From assembly GCF_963921235.1 (NCBI RefSeq), contig NC_086097.1, positions 126,544,001 through 126,608,000 of the forward strand: DNA of 64,000 bases. Reading direction: 5' to 3'. This DNA comes from Mobula hypostoma (Eukaryota). Below are positions 12,291-25,308 of this stretch, one piece after another. Position 1 is the first letter of the stretch. Every line of letters starts with the position of its first letter. The notes below the pieces were generated by a model that made no database searches, was not told where the DNA came from, and worked only from the letters and a program-made list of their open reading frames with translations. The position numbers and the translations under genes were made by a program.

Positions 12291-14024
12291 CCTGGGTATG
12301 TCTAGACCGGTGATATTTATACCTCCATAGTCTGTCCCTCCTGATTGGTTAGTCCTTATCCAATTAGGTTTCTGCTCTCCCACCTTGTTTACAATCAAAT
12401 TCCAGTTCTTAGAGTGAGACCTTCATCTTTGCTAAAATTCTTTTCCTCTAGTTTTATTTCAAATGCTTCCTTTACCAGGTGGTCCCAAAAGGCAATGGCA
12501 TGGCACAGTAGTTTTGTACCATCAAAATCAATGCTGTGGTTATTGCGAATGCAGTGCTATGTTCTGCTTCCGCCGATTTCTCCGAGTAATCCAAACAGCT
12601 ACACCTGCTGTGCTCCTTGTTGCGGGTTTCCACCATGCGTCCTGTCTGGGCGATATACACTGCTCTGCATTCACAGGGAATCCTGTAAACAGCAGATGAC
12701 CTGAGTCTCAGGTCATCTTTGACCCGCATAAGCAGTAACTTGAGCTTCCGTACGATTTGTGGATGGTGTTAATCCAGTATTTCTTCCAGATCCTGGCTAT
12801 CCTTCCAGAAAACATGGAAAGATAGGGAAGACCGGTGGTAGTGACAGGTTCCTCCTCATCAGGTTTTCAGGTTTTTCTGTCAGCCCTTTTAAGGGCCCGA
12901 TTGATTTCTTTCACCTTGTAGCCATTCCGTAGGAAAGTCATGTGTAATCGTCTTATTTCCTCAAGGAGACTCCTCAGGTCTGAAATAGTTTTCGTACGGT
13001 TAATCAAAGTAGAAAGAACTGCTCTACATTGGGAGGCGTGATGGTGGCTGTTGTTGTGAGGTATAAGTCCATGGAAGTGGGTTTCCAATTAAAGCCCTGT
13101 CCAAGGCTACCATCTGGTTTGCATCATGTTAGAATGTCCAGGAACGGGAGGCAGCCATTCTTCTCCATCTCCATCGTAAATTGAATGTTTGGATGTATAC
13201 TATTCAGATGGTAGTGAAACTGTTGGAGAGCTGGGAGTCCATGAGGCCACACTACGAAGGTGTCATCGACGTATCTGAGGTTGTTCCCCTTCTAGAGAAG
13301 GTACGTCAATGTAAGGGGTGTTCAGAAAGGTGAATGGTACCCTTGTCAAACCTAAAGAGGGACACCATGTCGAAACTGACCATTATGTCCTCCGGATTCA
13401 GCTGGATGTTGGTTGTCGTTCTAATGAAGTCGGTCATATTTGTGATGTGATGCCCACAGCCCCTAACAAAGGGAGACAAGCACGGTCATTAAATGCTTAG
13501 CGAGGTAGTAAGTCGGAGAATCTATCCCACTGACGATAGCCTCAGGGGAGAACCCTCCTTGTGTATCTTAGGGAGCTCGTAAAGTCTTAGTGGTACTGGC
13601 GCCTGAGGTGGAAGTGTCTTACATATGTTTACTGGCAGTCCAGATTTCTTCAGACAAGTGGGGCTCCCTGTGAATGCAAAGCAGCGTATATCAGCCAGAC
13701 GGGTTGCACAGTGGAAACCCACATCAGGAAGCACAGTAGGTGTATCTGGAGAAATCAGCAGAAGCAGAACACTGCATTTGCAATGATCACCGGATTGACT
13801 TCGATGGCACAAAACTACTGTCCACACTAATGGCTTTGGGACCTCCTGGTAAAGGATGCCATTGAAATAGAACTAGAGGAAAAGAATTTTAACAAAGACA
13901 AATGTCTCTTTCTAAATAAGAACTGGATTTGATTGTAAAGAAAGTGGAAGAGTGGAAACCTGATTGTATGAGGAGGAACGGACTATAGGAGTATAAATAC
14001 CACCAGTCTGGACATACCCAGGCA

Positions 14025-14080
14025 TCATCACTGAAGAAGATGGGAGGGTTTGAGGGTTTGTCATCGAAACATCTGTTATA
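14025..14080 (+). ncRNA. Hammerhead ribozyme-like motif (inverted pLTR copy, degenerate)
   Basis: CTGAAGA (14031-14037)...GAAAC-ATC (14066-14073); stem II carries a GAGGGTTT duplication. Confidence 0.45.
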
Positions 14081-14534
14081 ATCGATACCTGTACACGGCT
14101 GGAAGCCCAAGAAGAGTTTATTCATCATATCTACCAGGAAAGCAGTAGATCCTGTTACATTATAGCTATTTTTATTGTTTTTTCTAGAATATAATTATGC
14201 ATACATTTTTTTATTTTAGTTTAAATTTTGAATAATTTTTAAAAATGTAACATTCTATATGTATTCAATGCATACCTAGTTTAATTTTGACTCCTTGGTG
14301 TTTTTTTTAATCAAATGGTTTGATGCATTATTAGTATTATGGATGAGTTTCTTCACTTGACACAGTGGGCATTGCTTATCAAATTTGAAGGAATGAACAC
14401 ATGCAATTTTATACAAATTGTCTAAGTTTATAGATTGTTGAGAATGTATATTCTTGATTAAACAATTAACAAAGTTTTTAAAACATTTGCAGGATTCCCA
14501 TTATTACTATTCAGATCATCAGGGAATTCTTTCA

Positions 14535-15045
14535 GAATCTGAATCAGAATCAGGTTTATCATTGACATATGTCATAAAATTTATTGTTTTGCAGCAGTGA
14601 TACAATACAATAGGTAAAGTTTACTGTACATTACAACAAAAATATGTTTAAAAAATAAATAATGCAAAAAAGAAAACAAAATAGTGAGGTAGTGTTTGGG
14701 GATCATGGACCGTTTGGAAATCTGATGGTGGAGGGAAAGAAGCTGATCTTAAAACATTGAGTGTTCATCGTCAGCTGTACCACCTCCCTTTAGAAGAGAG
14801 CATGTCGTGGATGGTGAGGGTCTTTCATGATGGTTGCTGCCTTAAGGTATCACCTTTTGAAGATGTCCTTGATGTTGGGGAGTCTTATGCCCATGATGGA
14901 GCCGGCTGAGTTTATAACCCTCTGCACTTTTAATGATGCTGTGGATTGGCATCTCCATACTAGACAGTGAAGCAACCAGTGAGAATTCTCTCCACGGTAC
15001 ATCTCGAGAATCTGCTAGAGTTTTAGGAGACATACAAGATCTCAA
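14535..15045 (-). mobile_element. Rex1/Babar LINE 3' end
   Basis: (GAATCA)n tail reverse complement at 14535-14553 followed by degenerate Rex1 RT C-terminus. Confidence 0.7.
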
Positions 15046-15098
15046 ACTGTATATTTTTTAAAAATATGATAAACTTCATTCTTTATTCTTTGTGGTAG

Positions 15099-15205
15099 AA
15101 TTTTTCCGTAAACACAATGTCGCCGTTATGACTGTGCGGGAGCTCTTTGAATTTGTCACAGATCCTTCCATTGCAGAAGATAACCTTGATGCTTACCTTC
15201 AAAAG
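15099..15205 (+). CDS. RIOK1: RIO kinase 1 exon
   Basis: tggtag|AA...AAG|gtaaaa; [36 protein letters not shown]; phases consistent with neighbours. Confidence 0.95.
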
Positions 15206-15862
15206 GTAAAACAAAATTATAATTTTCTTGAAGTAGCAGAAAGGCATATCAAGTTTCTGATATTTGGCTTTAATCAGTAGTGTCCAATCAGCAAGCTCAG
15301 TTTATATCCCCTTTCTCTGATGTTTTACGGTTAATTTATATGCTTGCTCCATCTGCATTGACAGCTGTTTCACTCACCATAAGAAATAAATGACATTACC
15401 TGACCAGGAGTATTTATCATGTGCTACAAAATTGTTAAAATATTGCTTATCCATTGTTTTGATATTTTCTCATATTAAATTATAAGGTATTCGAACACAG
15501 TGCAAGCTGAAGTATGTTGTAGTGTAATTACAGTTGCACACTTCTGGTGGAGCTGTAGCAATTTGCAGTATTAGACTGTACTGCATAAGCCCTTGTACCT
15601 GAGGCAATACTACTTTCTGAATCATTGTATTTTGTTGTTTCATTATAACTTTAGAAAAAATTATAAATATAAACCTGAATGTTTGACTCTTATAACTGTG
15701 GCTTAATATCAAAGTCAAATTTGAATTTGTTGTTGTATGTGCAAGTACGTGTATGCACAAGTGCAGTGTAAAATTTGCAGCAGTATCATAGGCATGTAGC
15801 ATTGAAAGAAAGCAGCATTCAAAAGAAATCATAAACACTATACCCAGTTTTTCAAGTGATTC

Positions 15863-16703
15863 TGTAATCGAAAATTTGCTGGATCAAATAACGACAGCAC
15901 AAAAAGATCGTTACTTATCTTTTCACTCGTTTATTTCTTCGAGCTCAGCCGGCGAGTGAACTTGGTCCGGATATCAGGGAGAGAAGAGTTCTCATCTCTC
16001 CGGCGGTTCAACAAGTTCACTGCCTAATGTCAGAATTGTTAGAAGTTATACGGCCACTGATACAAAAGAACAATCAATTTGATAAGCATTCCAGCCAAGT
16101 CAGTGGACTATTGATACAAAAGAACGATCAGTTTGATAGACACTCCAGCCACCTTAATTAAAGGAAGGAATGTCCTACCTGGTTTGTTGGAGCCACAACT
16201 TAATTACAAAGATAAGAACATCCATCAAATTTATTCTTTAATTAAGAAAGGAATGTCCTATCTAATTTCCATCAGGTACTGCCTTTTGTCAAAACCAAAA
16301 GGTGTGAAAAGCCAGGAGACATCTTACGTGGGTCTTTAACCCTTATCTTGCTTTACGTGGGTCTTTAACCCTTATCTTGCTCCAAAGAAAGCAGCTGTGA
16401 GACATTATTCAAATCCACTGCAGTCACCCACAAAATACACAAATGTAGTCGGTACTTAACCCATTGTTTACAGGAATCTGAGAATCCCCCATTCCCTTAA
16501 ACTTTATCAATTCAATAATTATAACATAAAAATTCCATGTGAATGCAAAGTGACTAAAGTTGTACCAGTTGGTTCAGGAACTTGAATCTGGTTGCAATAA
16601 TCCCTAGTTTACTGTACCCGAAGATTACACTAGAACGTAACTCGTACTACATTCTTCTGTGTTTTAAAAGCTTAATTTAAAATATAAATCGTAATTTCCA
16701 ACA
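15863..16703 (-). mobile_element. Probable solo LTR (ERV-like) with internal tandem duplications
   Basis: TGTA...AACA ends, minus-strand start TGTTGGAAATT, minus AATAAA at ~15929, three pairs of 24-42 bp direct repeats; no TSD found. Confidence 0.5.
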
Positions 16704-16754
16704 AGCTTCCAGATGGTTTTTATTTGGAGTTTAATACTGTTGAAGATAGATCTT

Positions 16755-18360
16755 CATTGCAAGAAAAAGTTTGTGAACTCTTTGCAATTACCTGGTTTTC
16801 TGCATTAATTGCTCAATATGTAATCTGATCTTCATCGAAGTCACAATAATAGACAAACTAATAACTAATGCCTAAACTAATAACACAAACAATTGTACTT
16901 CTCGTCAATACTGAGTACACCATTTAAACAATCACAGTCTAGGCTCAAAGAAGTATGTGAACCTCTGGGATAATGCCTTCTACCAGAGCTATTTGGAGTC
17001 GGGTGTTCCAATCAATGAGACGAGATTGGAGGTGTGGGTTGTAGAAGTGGCCTGCCACAGTCAGGTTACTGACACTGCCTGCTCTTCTCAAAAAAGATCT
17101 GTTTGTGTGCAAAGCTCGATCAAAACAACTTTCAGAGGACAGACCTTCGAAGAATTGTAGAGATCCATAAAGCTGGAAAAGGGTACAAAAGCATTTCTAA
17201 AGTCCTGAGTGTTCATCAGGCCACAGTAAGGGAAATTGTGTACAAATAGAGGAAATTCAGTACTGTTGCTACTCTCCCGAGGAGTGGGCATCCTGCAAAG
17301 ATCACACTTGAGAGCACAAGGTGCAATGCTGAAGGAGGTGAAAAAGAACCCAAGGGTAACAGCAAAAGACCTGCAGTAATTTCTATAACTTGATAAAGTC
17401 TCTGTTCGTGTGCCTACTATAAAAAAATTACTGAACAAGAATGGTGTTCATAGAAGGACATCATGGAGGAAACCACTGCTCTCCAAAAAAAATATTGCTG
17501 CACTTCTCAAGTTTGCAAAAGACTACTTGAATGTTCTACAATGCTTCTGGGACAATATTCTGTGGACAGATGACACAAAAGTTGAACTTCTTGACAGAAA
17601 TGCACACCGACCACAATGTTTGGAGGAAAAAGGGCACTGCACATCAACACCAAAACCTCATCCCAACTGTGAAGCATGTTGGAAGGAGCACCATGGTTTT
17701 GGGGCTGTTTTGCTGTCTCAGGGCCTGGACAGCTTGCAATTATTGAGGGAACAATGAATTCAAAATTGTATCAAGACTCTTTACAGGAAAATGTCAGGGT
17801 AGCAGTCCATCACTTGAAGCTTAATAGAAGTTGGACGATGCAACAAGACAATGATCTGAAACACAAGAGTAAATCAACAACAGAATAGTTAAAAAAAGAA
17901 GAAAATTCATCTTTTGGAATGGCCAAGTCAGAGTCCAGATTTTAACCCAATTGGGATGCTGTGGCTTGACCTGAAGAGGGCTGTTTATGCAAGGTAATCC
18001 AGAAATATTGATGAACCGAAACAGTTTTGTACGGAGGAATGGTCTAAAATTCCTCCTCACCATTGTTCCAAGTCTGATCAACAGCTACAGGAAGCATTTG
18101 GCGGAGGTTATTGCTGCTAAAAGAGGTTCTACCAGTTATTAAGCACAAGGGTTCTCATTCTTTTTCCAGCCTGGACTGTGAATGATTAAACAATTTGTTC
18201 AATAAAGACATGAAAAGTACAATTATATGTGCTATTAGTTTAGGCAGATTGTGTTTGTCTATTATTGTGACTTAGATGAAGATCAGACCACATTTTATGA
18301 GTAATTTAGTGCAGAAAACAAGGTAATTGCAAAGGATTCACAAACCACCTCTTGCAACTG
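16755..18360 (+). mobile_element. Full-length Tc1 transposon, decayed DD34E transposase
   Basis: Long TIRs (ca(g)ttgcaagaaaaagtttgtgaa.../...ttcacaaaccacctcttgcaactg-TA); frameshifted motifs [26 protein letters not shown]. Confidence 0.92.
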
Positions 18361-19138
18361 TACATATAGTGCAGCCACTGCTCTAAAATGTACAAGTGGC
18401 AAACAAGGAGAATCTTGAGTTTGGACATCGCTACCTTTTACCAAGGTGATAGACCTAATAAAAAGATAAAATCAAGTCATGCTTTGTATTGATAGCCAAA
18501 ATGCCCTCATTCTATAAGCTAAAGAGAAAGGGAAATATTCCAGTAGATATTTTGTATAGATGGATCTGGAAAGATTGTGAAATCATGACTGTAATTAGAT
18601 TTTTAAATAGCATCGTTGCAAGTTAAGTTCCTCAAATATGCAGTTTGGTTTGTGCTCAGTGAAGCACCTGCATTCCAACCACCAGAAAAAACAGCTGTCT
18701 GTCATGCTAATTTTCCAACCTACTCTGCCTCCTGTGTCGCTGAGGCTCAATCTATTCTTGAGAAACACCACATCCTCTTCCATCTGGGCATTGTAGTCTG
18801 AACTGATTCAAATTTGATAGGTGAGTCACTTTCTCCGTTTGTATCAGAATTAAGCAGTTCTGCTATAAAAGATATCCATCTGTACTATTAAATCAGTTAT
18901 CTCACTTTACACACTGCCTATTTGCTTGGCATTTCCTTTTGATCTGGGACTCCAAACAGCTTTGCAGCTATTACATGAACATTTGTTTATTTTCTCTTTC
19001 TCTAACTGTTCTCTTTAATCTATCAACCAGTTGGCTCTGTAAACTTTGGAAACACCTTGGCAACTCTACTTCTCTATAACAGAAGTGCACCCTTTGTTTT
19101 ATCCAAAGTTTTATTCCTGAGCTGTTACTTCACTTTTC

Positions 19139-19177
19139 CAGTTCTGATGAAAGATCTTTGATCTGAAATGTTAACTG
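19139..19177 (+). ncRNA. Minimal type I hammerhead motif in an old Penelope-like relic (~18700-19240)
   Basis: Stem I CAGTT/AACTG, CTGATGA, stem II AGATC/GATCT, GAAA, ATGT stem III, GTT cleavage triplet; decayed GIY-YIG tail (LEKHHILFHLG) at 18740-18800. Confidence 0.6.
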
Positions 19178-19712
19178 TTTCCCTTTCTGCAGAGACTAAC
19201 TGACCTGCTCTTTCTAGCAATCTCTGGTCTATTTGTTTGCATTTTAAAGGTTGAGCTATTAAGACAAAAATAATTCATTATTTTCCATGTCCCCTCTGTT
19301 CTGCCAATTGAAATAGATTCCCCCAACTACTCTTATCAGAAATTCCAATCATTCTGAACAGCCCTGTTATAGGTTAACTTTGCTCACTATTTGTAAATAT
19401 CTGAAACTCCTTGTCATTCTAGTAAAATTTCATTGGCACTTCAAAATTCTTAGTGGTCTTTTAAAATGTACAATTCAAGAAATGAAGCCAGAGTGATTTA
19501 TAAAGAATTTTGGGATAGGAAATTTGGTTTTGTACTCCATTACTCAAAGCAAATGCATTTTATTGGCAGTGTCGACTTAATCATTATATGAATCCTATGC
19601 TCTCCATTTTCCTCAACCTCTAAAATTTGTATGATTTAGTTTAAACTGTTGGTATTGCCACTGAAAATGCTCATTCTTTGCAGCAGTAAATTTCATCTAA
19701 CATGTTCTAGGG

Positions 19713-19793
19713 CAGAAGTTCCCAACCTTTTTTTATGCTATGGACCAATACCAATAAGCAAGAGGTCCATGGATCCCAGGTTGGGAACCCCTG
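19713..19793. mobile_element. ~80-bp hAT MITE, second copy
   Basis: CAGAAGTTCCCAACC ... GGTTGGGAACCCCTG; homologous to 11779-11858. Confidence 0.72.
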
Positions 19794-20045
19794 GCATTTC
19801 ACCAGGCTGTTTATTTTCCAAAGTCTTTAAGTTATTTGATATCGTTTGTGAATTTTTCCAAATATGGTTGAGAGTATTGAGCTCTTTAGATGCAAACTTT
19901 TCTCAGTTTTGAATAGTTTTACTGAACAAAGTGCTGCAAAATAATAATTCTATTCTTGGAATATTTAATAAGTGAATGAGCAATGAAAGAACTTCCTAGT
20001 TTGCTGTGTGTCTAACATTACCAAATGTTTCACTTATGTTATTAG

Positions 20046-20111
20046 GCAATGGAATTAGCTGCAAATAGAACAGAGGAGGAAAGATCCAACCAGGATAAAG
20101 TAGACGAAGAG
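20046..20111 (+). CDS. RIOK1: RIO kinase 1 exon
   Basis: attag|GCA...GAG|gtgtgt; AMELAANRTEEERSNQDKVDEE. Confidence 0.93.
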
Positions 20112-22380
20112 GTGTGTATCTTCTGTGGGATATTGATTGTCTATATTTTCACCTTCTACAGATCTTTGAATGTACTTCTGGTGCAGTTTTGCCCAGAACA
20201 CATTTATTTACCTTGCTTTGCACCTTATGTATTAGTACACTGTTCAGTGTTACTGTCTGAGTGGGCTAATTACATTAAACTAGGGGTGTAGGTTAACTTG
20301 TGATGATCACTATTGTCATTATGCTTAACTGCTCTGTGAAGCCATAATGGCATTTCAAAGGTTCATTTATTATCAAGACATGTATCCATATACAACTCTG
20401 AAATTTATTTTCTCCAGATAGCCGCAAAACAAAGAACATGAAAGTCATTCAGAGAAAACATCAAACCCACCCACCCCCCAACACACAAAAAAGAGCAGCA
20501 TCCCAGTCAACAACCCCCATAAGCCCCACTGCTACCCGCATAAAAGAGAACAGGAACATCACCCCATTCTCCCAAAAAAAACAACTCCTCTCCGAACAAA
20601 AAAGCTAACAGAACTGAACAGAACATCAACCTCCAAACACCCTTTCTTCACACAGCTAAATGGAAAAGGAACAGGCGATTAAAAAACACAAATCAAAAAA
20701 AAAACTTGAGTCTGAAAAAGTCCACAGTCCATAAATGATGTAGTCCAATCCATAAACGCAGAACCATGATACCATCCTATGATATCACCAATATTTATCG
20801 AAAGAGAGGGACACCACACGAGGGAGTGAGGACTACCCACCTGCCACAACAAGCCACACAGTGATAGGCCACTCACAGACTCCTTCTCCAGTACCAATCA
20901 AAAGGTACACAAGTTTACACAAGTTCCTGTCACCCTTGTGAGGGGCCAGTTCAATTTACTCAGCTGTAGAGCAGCTGCATTCTGGTCCAGTAGGCCCAAC
21001 GTTAAAGTGAGGAGTTTCTGATGAAATAATATTATTCAACTGCATGGTCAATCCCTCCTACATGTTGTCCCATGGAGACAATACTGTAGTCATAGGATTA
21101 GCTTTCATATGTACTGTAAAGTCACCCATTTCTACCTCCTGATGACCTCCCTATCACATTGCTGGTCCAGCATGAGGATTTTCCACAGTTTTCACCAGAT
21201 GATCTTTAGGAAGACCAAAGTCTTTGTCTTCTGGCCTTGTCAGACACTGCAGTAGTGCTGATAACGTAATCCTACTCCCAGGTTACACATGGGCTAAATC
21301 AGACCGTTCACTAGTTGAGTTACTATCGCCAAATGCTGTCTGATATAGATACCCTGAATATCCACCAATGCAAAATCATGCAGATCTTTCCCAATCCAGA
21401 GGCAAGCATTTACTGCCTGTAGTTTCCAGCACTGCAGTGCTCTCCTGCCTCAACTCATTCTCATCATTCTTCACGGATTTCATCACAGCCAAAGTTCTGC
21501 TATATGTATAATTTGGTGTGCCAGGTTCCATCCATTAATCATCCTTTCCCTGCCTATAGGTATTGATAGCATATCATCTTAAAGAGCATATTTTCATTGA
21601 ATTTTTTGTGTAATTCGTTCTTCATTGATTTTGTAACCTTTGCTAGAACATACCCTGAACTTGTTTCTGGACAAGCTTGCACATAAAGTTCATACAAAAA
21701 TCTCATCAAATTTCTAAACACAAGAGATTCTGCAGTTGCTGAAAATCTTGAACAACACACAGAGTGGTGGAGGAACTCAGCATCTATGGAGGGGAATAAA
21801 TGCTTAATGTTTCAGGCTGAGACCCCATCAAAATTCTATTTGTTTCTGATGAGATTACTTGGGAAGAATGTTGAACAAAATGCAAGGGAAACTCCTTGCC
21901 ATTCCTCACTGGGTGAGGGAACATTTGAATTAACGGGCGCATCGATACAACATCTCACTTAAATTTCATTTCACAGCATTCCTGTGGTTCAATGGTTCTT
22001 CAAATTCTTGACTGGGCATTGATCCTGCAAACTTCTGACTTAGAAATGAGGGTGCAGTTTTGCATCCATGCTATTATTGTAGGTGTATTGTTTAAAGTTA
22101 AATAGTGAGAAACAATTATTGCATATTTTATATTGCATACAAAATGATGGATTTCCTCATGTTTGCAATATAAAAATATTGCTATTTTGTATTTTCATTT
22201 ATATTGTCTATTAAATGTTCTTCCCAGCAATTATAAAGTAATTTAGTAGATTGGAAAGATAGAAGTATTAACTTTGACAGCAAGAAACGGATTATTAATT
22301 TAATAATCCCTTACTCTAGATGGTTCTATACATTTAAACACATGATTAAGTTGGTTTTATATATGCTGCTTTCTGTGTAG

Positions 22381-22497
22381 GTGTTTAAAAAGGCCTACAT
22401 TCCCAGGACGCTGAATGAAGTGAAGCATTATGAACGAGATGTTGACATTATGACCAAGTCCAAGGAGGAGAATGTTTTAGATAAACAGCATGACAAT
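22381..22497 (+). CDS. RIOK1: RIO kinase 1 exon
   Basis: tgtag|GTG...AAT|gtaagt; [39 protein letters not shown] (RIO1 C-terminal YIPRTL motif); absent from the ORF track. Confidence 0.95.
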
Positions 22498-24581
22498 GTA
22501 AGTGGTTATGCTTGTGATGTGCTTTAGGAAAAAGGAAGTCTGTTTTATATGAAGATATTTACTGCTTATTAAAATAATGAATCCACAGGAAGGCATAGGC
22601 TTCATCCTTGGGTATTTGTGGAAATCCACCCAATTATTTTTTTTATATATAATTTCTCCTCCAAAGTAGCTATTCCTTAAGTTAAAGTTTATAGTTCAGC
22701 TAGAGCACTGAAACTGCTTAACTGTGAATGTCAATACACTGGCTTGAATTTTGACATAAGAATGACAAAGCAATCCAAATTCACGACTATTACAGCATTT
22801 ATCCAACAGTCTAGTTTCTGTCAGGAACCCCTGGCTGTTTTACAATGAAGATTTTTGCGGTTTCACTGAACCAACAGATCTGTCTTTAGTGGTACAAACT
22901 TACGCTGTTTATCCACTGGTTCCATACTAAAAGACAGATGCAAAGTTTATTTAATCTGATGTGATTGACTTTTTAAACAGCATAATGAATAATAATTAAT
23001 TTTGAGCAACTTTCTGACCCCAAAGAATCAACTGCAAAATGTTAATATTCCTTCAGTAGAAAATTGATGTTAGACATTAAATAGAAGTGCATTTAGTTTT
23101 TCTGATTGCCCTTTTTCAGATTTCTCCTTCAATTATATTTGCGTGCCCCAGTTTTTATTTCACTTCTGGTATAATGATTTAAATACAACGTATCTGTGTT
23201 GCTATTTTTTACAAATTAAATTCATAGGTTAATTTTTTTTTAAAAAAGCTCTTTACAAGAGTAATTTAGATCCCTCTTCTAGACAATATGACTTGCCCAA
23301 GCTTGATGCAACTGACATGTTGGCTCTATATATACACACACCTTCTAAGAATTTGTATACCTTCAGAAAATGATACTTGACACCTTCGCTGAAGAATAGG
23401 AAAAGATGAGCCTTGTATTAAACATGTGGACAACCTAGATCATCTGCTCCTGCCACAAATCACAGCCCCTCAAAAATCAAAATCATGACAAAATCTTTCA
23501 GCGTGGATATTTCCCATATTTTGTGAGCTGAATATATACATCAGTGCTGATGTTTTCCTCTGCTGTTTATTTCAGAGGTATGGATAGCCTGTAGTAGACG
23601 CCTCGTAGCATTGGAGACTTCACCATTGTGCATCCATGATAACCAACAAACCCATGTAAAAATGGGCAGAGTAATGTCATTTCCTTCTCCCAGGCTGTTA
23701 TCCCCATCATCGACACTCTCTCTGATCATGCTTTACCAGCTGTGGTGAGCAAGTTGTTGAGAAGTTGTTGTTTCCACAATGGCAGCTCAGGTTCAAAGGT
23801 TCATTTTATTATCAAAGTATTACGAAGAATACAACACTGAGATTCGTCCCCGCCCTAACCCTCCCTTGCACAAAAAACTAACAGATTGCCCACCCAGACA
23901 CGGCAGCTAAAACATCAAGCCCCTCCCACGCAAAAGAAGTGTCAATACCGTCAAACCCCCCCCACCCCTCCCTCAACCAAAAAAAGGTAACATATTGCTT
24001 ACCTGCCAATCAGCAACAAAGAAAGAAAATGCAGAAAACCTGTGTCCACTCCAATAATCATATATGTTTTGGAATTTTGAAAACATCCTCCATCAGCATC
24101 AAGGAGAGCTCAAACTCAGTCCTTCCATGGGGCCTTCGTCAGCCGAGACATGGCTTCCCTACTTCCAGTCCGACACGGCCTCCCGGGGGGGGCGCGATCT
24201 CAAGCCCGATAGGGCCTCTCACGTCAGATTGAGAGGTTACTTGCAATGAGTTAAAAGAGTACACAACTCAACTACTTACACACCAGATGACAGATGAACA
24301 TCACCTTCGAGCCCACGAAAATGAGCTGGAAACAAATGATCCTTGACCGGGGGGACTACTGAGGAAAAACAAAAGAACCAGTTGTCCATATTATAAAATC
24401 AATGTCTTTCAGATGTTATGAATCTATTGAAATTCTTAATATTTTTAGAAAATGCCACAGGTAGAAGTATGTTCAGTGTGATTAATTCCAGTTTATGTAA
24501 ATATGCCTTCAAACAGCATGTGTTTTACATTTGTTTTAAAACAATATACTTTAGGACATTATGATTTATGATTTTGCTTAG

Positions 24582-24635
24582 ATTCTGTACCAGACAGTAA
24601 CAGGAATGAAGAAGGACTTGACAGGTGTACAACAG
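24582..24635 (+). CDS. RIOK1: RIO kinase 1 exon
   Basis: cttag|ATT...CAG|gtaaga; ILYQTVTGMKKDLTGVQQ. Confidence 0.93.
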
Positions 24636-25164
24636 GTAAGATTTGTTTTTTGGCAAATGAGTTGGATGTAAGGATTCTTTAATTCCTGGTCTCTTTTCTA
24701 GGGTACCCAGAATCTTGTCTAAATTGCAAAAGAAGTTTGAGAAAGGTGGCCATTTTGTGTGTTCTTCCTAAGTACATTTTCAAGATTTAAATAAGATTGT
24801 CAGAATTGATGTGGGTAAACTTCATTTATGTTTCTTTTAAAAAATGCAGTTTGAGGAAAAAGGGAGATGAAATGAATGCCTTGAGAAGAGGTTTTGTCTA
24901 CTTTCTTGGAAGGCTACATTTGACAGGATTTAGCCAGGGATATGATATCTAAAGATGTACTGAATGGGTGAATTGAGATCAAACAAGGAGTGATGGACTT
25001 AAGATGTCATTTTTCCCATTTTGTTTCGGTATTTGAGTAATACTTCACATCCTATTGAATTTGTTGGTGATTAGTGATTTGTACTTTTTAATTTATTGCG
25101 TTAACTTTGGATGGTGGATTGTCTTAATCCAAACCTTGAATTTCATTTTAATTTGTTGTTTCAG

Positions 25165-25308
25165 GTACCTGCTCTTCTCGAGAGTTCAGAAGAAAGTGAT
25201 GAACAATCTAATTCTGATGATGATGACTCTAAATCAGACCTCAATCCTGAAGAAGGAGAAAAGACTCCTTCAAAAAAGCATATCGAGGAAGATGAAACTA
25301 ACAAAAAG
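25165..25308 (+). CDS. RIOK1: RIO kinase 1 exon, acidic region
   Basis: tttcag|GTA...AAG|gtgacc; VPALLESSEESDEQSNSDDDDSKSDLNPEEGEKTPSKKHIEEDETNKK. Confidence 0.9.

Larger units (their letters stand above)
12199..14150 (-). mobile_element. Penelope-like retroelement (RT + GIY-YIG) with an inverted copy of its 3' end
   Basis: Minus RT motif RYVDDTFVVWPHG (~13240-13280), thumb HHHASQCRAVLSTLINR, GIY-YIG VYRIPCECRAVYIAQTGR; 12199-12682 is inversely repeated at ~13665-14122. Confidence 0.88.

Noticed and set aside
16057..16381. Repeat-spacer-like pattern suggestive of CRISPR
   Set aside because: Only pairs of different repeats, no constant repeat with regular spacers, eukaryotic intron, no cas genes
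20920..21540. Possible exon or unique sequence in a RIOK1 intron (also 23340-23520)
   Set aside because: No open frame with splice sites is needed for RIOK1; looks like highly eroded LINE sequence that I cannot classify reliably
3961..25170. Four RIOK1 exons begin with GT (AG|GT), resembling recursive splice sites
   Set aside because: AG|GT is the common acceptor consensus, the following bases are poor donors and introns are short
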